64,000 nt of DNA, from assembly GCF_009914755.1 (NCBI RefSeq), contig NC_060928.1. One strand, written 5' to 3'. Below the pieces are notes generated by a model, which worked only from the letters and a program-made list of their open reading frames with translations, was not told the origin of the DNA and did no database searches. This DNA comes from the human T2T-CHM13v2.0 reference genome, Homo sapiens. This document shows positions 59,228 to 64,000 of this stretch, piece by piece (position 1 is the first letter of the stretch; the number at the start of each line of letters is the position of its first letter). The translations under genes were made by a program, and so were the position numbers.

Positions 59228-59706
59228 TGTTTGGGACACATTACTTTGGACACATTAAGACCTACCTATCCCAACCTTATTTTTTTATGCCTGCCTGCAC
59301 TATAAAGATTGAAAAAAGTTAATACTCACTTCCCTGTCTTCTTTCTATTCAGGACTGGTGAGGTGATACAATGAGACACTTACCAATGTCTATTTCATTT
59401 TTTTTCATGGATGGGTGAAGGCTTATGCTTTTGTGATGACAGTCATGACTAGTACATCCTTCTCTCTTACTTGTCTAGAGAGTAGGTGCAATTGAGCCAC
59501 TGCATTTATCTTACAGCCTTAAGGGAAAGGCCAAAAGATTCCCACAGCTGCCAGCACCGATATCACTGAGCCGCTAAATCAATGTGAACAAAAACTTCTT
59601 ATTTCTAGTCTTCTCATTAAGTGAGGAAAATAAATTTCTATAGGTTTAAGCAGCCACTGGGCAGTTTTTCGATCACTGTAACCCCAAAATATTCTTAATA
59701 GATACA
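59228..59706 (+). mobile_element. Old MaLR LTR (MLT1J/K/L-like)
   Basis: 3' end gtgaggaaaataaatttc...gtttaagc...cttaatagataca. Confidence 0.55.
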
Positions 59707-59885
59707 TTTTTCTTAATACCACTGGGATCCAGACCTGATGCGTATCTTTTTCGAATGTTTTGCTATAATAATGATTTTCTTCATTCTAAATTAGCTTGGA
59801 TTTCTCCTACTGGCTCACCTCACTTTAGAGTAGTAAATCTAGCACTCAAAAGACTTATTTTTTTTTTAAAGAGGGAAGGAATTTT

Positions 59886-59931
59886 TGTGTGTGATTATTT
59901 GTGTGTCTGTATGTGTGTGTGTGTGTGTGTA
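59886..59931. repeat. (TG)n microsatellite
   Basis: Directly visible. Confidence 0.85.
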
Positions 59932-61844
59932 TCTGTTACTTGAAGGGGAGGAAGCTTTTAATAATAACGTACACCTTTGTCAACAGTACATGGCCAAGTA
60001 CAATTACGCCCTCTCAAGCATCATTACCCAACAGATCTATCACACTGTGCCTAGTTCACTTTTTCCTTTGTCTTCTGCCTAGCCTCCTTCAACACCACTC
60101 CAGGATGAGGAAAGTGAAACATGGGGCTGAACATGACAAGAATAGTGATCATAATCTATGTTTCAAAGAAGAAATGAAGCAGAACGAGCCTAACGGAAAT
60201 TTCAGAGAAAGCTTTTAGTTCTTTTTCCCTTTCGTAAATTCTAACATCTCCCTGGTCCTTTTGTCCAGGAGTTCAGTACTTTCACGGCAGCCTCTGATTC
60301 ACTGAAATGTACAATGTCTTACCAAGGTTATCCATCCCCATGTTAAACTCTGTTCCAACATAATTATCTCCAATAAAACTTCCCTCTTCTTAGTGTTTGT
60401 AAAGCAATCTGATGGCATTGCACTGAAGATATAGTTATGCTTGGTTTTGCCTAGATCCTCTAGCCCCGTTATGCCCCTTTGAGTGTGACACAGCTCCTAG
60501 AGGCAGTCTTTGGACCTGGTTATTAACGGAAGCTTTTCCTCCTCCTTTAACATAAGAACTTCATTTTTTATCCCCACATATTAAAAAAAGGGATATCTTC
60601 ACCTTTAATAATCTGGGAAACTCACATTGAAGATTTTTACCCAAAAAGAGAAAAAATAGATTCCAGTGGAATGGATATTTCTAACATAAGAGAAACCATA
60701 ATCAGACAGATTATGAGAAAAGTGAAACAAATCTAGTTTGTTTTAGCTGAATTGTCTGTTTCTTACAGGGCTATCCTTTCTTCTTACTAAACAAGGAAAT
60801 AACTTGCCTGACTCTGACAATTACAAATTACTCTTGTTTGTAGAAATGACCTTATTTTATATGACCAACATTACAATGTAGCAAGATGACCATTATGAAT
60901 ATTATTCAATAAGTGCCCAGTTTACTGTCGTGTAAACTGTGTTTGCTTACAGCATTTACTTCCTCCATAGTGTTCAGTTTTCATGGTTCATTATTTAAGA
61001 ACCATGCTTACAAATTTTATATAACAGAAGGAACCCTAATAAAGTGTGAGTAGAAATAGATTGGCTTTACTGTACCATGTCTAGTGGCTTGAGATGGGTT
61101 AAATTAATTTTCAAAGATTATATACAAAGGAGAAAAGGGTGGGTAAATTTCTGGTAATAGTTTTTGCAACTTTAATATTTTCTGATCCCATTATTCATTT
61201 TAAAAGATGAGTGCAGTAAGGCTAAATTGCATTGTTCTACCGTCTTCCTGACATCTTGATGACCTAGGTTGGCAGGGATTAACTGGGGGTTTACTCCCCA
61301 GGCTATTCCTTTTCGCTGTTATAAATAAGTCAGTGTAGAAATGGCCTTCACTCATTGGATTCACACTCTATTTTAAACCCAGAAAATACATTCTAACATT
61401 TTTTATTCCAAGTAATTTATAAACAAGTTTACAAGTCCATCAAACAGATTTTTGAATGACTCTATTATCCCTCAGGTTGCAGAAACCAGAAAACTTGGAA
61501 TCATTATAGAGGAATTTTTGCCTTCAAATAATTGTCCATGTGGATACCACACTGAAATTTCTGAAGCAATAATCTGATCACTTTTTAATCCAGCTCACAG
61601 TGCATCAATGCTTCCTCAGTACAACTATGCTTAGTGATAAGGTCCTCTCTAATTTCGCCCCTTGTTTACTTTGCAATTCTCATTTTTTGCCATATACTTC
61701 CCCAAAGTAAGGCCTTCATAATCTTGCACTAGTATGGTTACAAGAAGGCAAATTATTTTACATTTCTGGGGCTCTGACTAGAATTACTCCTCTGCTTATC
61801 CTTCAGGTTAAGTTCTATTAACAGATATGTTTTTAAAACTCAGA

Positions 61845-63192
61845 TTTATCCAGATTAAAAAGGAAGAAGCAAAATTATCTCCATTTGCAAATGACATGAT
61901 CTTGTATGTAGAAAATCCTGAGAGCCACACACACAAAAAATTAGAGATAAAAAATGAATTCAGCAAGTTTTAGGATACAAGATCAATATGCAAAAATAAA
62001 TTCATTTCTATGTGCTTGCAATGAATAATTCAAAAATGAAACCTAAAGAAATTCATTTATAGGCTGGGTGCAGTGGCTCACACCTGTAACATAACAACTA
62101 GGTTTTTTATATATAACAACTAAAGCGTAAGTAAGCAAGCAACCAAACAAACAAATAAATTGAACATCGAAAAAATTTAAAACTTCTGTGCTTCAAAGGA
62201 CACTATCAAGAAAGTGAAAAGACAACCCACAGGATGGGAGAATATTTTTGCAAATCATATGTCTGGTAGGAATTTAGTATCCAAAATACATAGAAAACTG
62301 TTACATCTCAACAATAAAAAGACAAACAACCTAATTTTAAAAATAGAAAGAAATTTGAATAGGTTTATCCAAAGAAGATATGCAAATGCCCAATAAGCAC
62401 CTGTAAGGATGCTCAAAATCATTAGTCATTAGGAAAATTGAAATCAAAATCACAAGAGACCATTTTATACTCATGGGTAAGGCTATAATAAAAAAGGAGG
62501 ACAATTATTTGTGTGGGTAAAGATGTGAAGATATTAGAACTCTCATTACTGCTGGTGAGAATGGAAAATGGTGCGGCCTTTTTTGAAAACATTTTGGAAG
62601 TTACTAAAAATGTTAAACATAGAGTTACCATATGACCCTGACATTTCAATCCTAGGTATATCCTGAAGAACAGTGAAAATATATGTTCCCACCAAAACTT
62701 GTACACAAATGTTCACAGCAGCATTATTCACAGTAGCCAAAAGGTGGAAACAACCACAATGTCCATTAACTGATAAATGAATAAACAAAAGGTGGTTTTT
62801 TTCAGCCAAAAAAAGAATGAATAGTGATATGTGCTACCACAGAGGTGGATCTTAAAAACAATGTACCAAAAAAATAAAAAATAAAATAAAATAAAAAAGA
62901 AGCCCGACTCAAAATGCCACACATTTTAGAATTCCATTTATATGAAGTGTCCAGGTTAGGAAAATCCATAAAGATAGAAAGCTGATGAGTGTTAGCCAGG
63001 AACTGAGAGAAAGAGGGAATAGCAAGTAACTGCTAATGGGAATGGGGTTTCTTTTGGGGTGATAAAAATGTTCTAGAATTAGCTAGTGGTAATTATTGCA
63101 TAACCTTGTGAATATACTAAAAACCACTGGATTGTATATTTTAAAATAGTAAAATTTATGTTATGTGAATTATATCTCAATTTAAAAATAAA
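61845..63192 (+). mobile_element. L1MB-type LINE-1, internally deleted
   Basis: ttgcaaatgacatgatcttgtatgtagaaaatcc; KRQPTGWENIFANH; 3' end ttatgttatgtgaattatatctcaa. Confidence 0.88.
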
Positions 63193-63407
63193 TTCAGCTT
63201 ATCTATTAGGTTCTCTAGGCAAAACTTCCTTACTTCTAAGGCTACTCCCAGCACTCCTTCTCCAATTACACTACTGCAGCTCATAGTTCTAGGCGATTTA
63301 GTGTAGTGGTTAAGCAGCTGGACAGAATGAATGTCTTTCTTAAAATTCCTCTGTAGCTGACCAATTGTGAGCAAATTATTTAATTGCACTGGGCCTCAAC
63401 TTCCTCA

Positions 63408-63806
<399 letters not shown>

Positions 63807-63880
63807 GAAACAGTACCAGGCATTCAATAAGTACTTAATAAATGTGCTATTACCATTAAAGCAATTGTTTTATCTATTAT

Positions 63881-64000
63881 TATGATCGCTATAAACATTC
63901 CCCTAAAATTCATATGTTAAAACCCTAACCCCAAGGTGATGGTATTAGGAGGTAGGGACTTTGGTAGGTGATTAGGTCATGAGGATGGAGTCCTCATAAA
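63881..64000 (+). mobile_element. MaLR LTR (MLT1A-like) 5' part, runs off the window
   Basis: aaaattcatatgttaaaaccctaaccccaaggtgatggtattaggaggt. Confidence 0.85.

Overview
Primate (human-like) genomic DNA lying entirely inside the minus-strand gene KCNIP4 (KChIP4, Kv4 channel-interacting calcium sensor). Only two recognisable coding exons are present: the 102-bp cassette exon 2 (32218-32319; [35 protein letters not shown]) and the shared 125-bp exon 3 (170-294; [41 protein letters not shown]). They are joined by a ~31.9-kb intron with a non-canonical GC donor. The rest is intronic and dense with L1, Alu, MIR, L2, MaLR/ERV LTRs, DNA-transposon relics and microsatellites, and nearly all other ORFs in the track are repeat-derived or spurious. 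Repeat subfamily names are from recalled consensus motifs and need RepeatMasker/Dfam confirmation. Points of interest: (1) the GC donor with U-rich and UGCAUG enhancer motifs; (2) a candidate unannotated exon at ~10605-10662, in frame with exon 3 from its own ATG; (3) a ~1-kb retrocopied mRNA 3' end inserted into one copy of a local duplication whose second copy keeps the empty site; (4) an Alu fragment with an apparent 3' transduction; (5) several nested insertions and repair scars. I see no evidence of a wholly new biological system.
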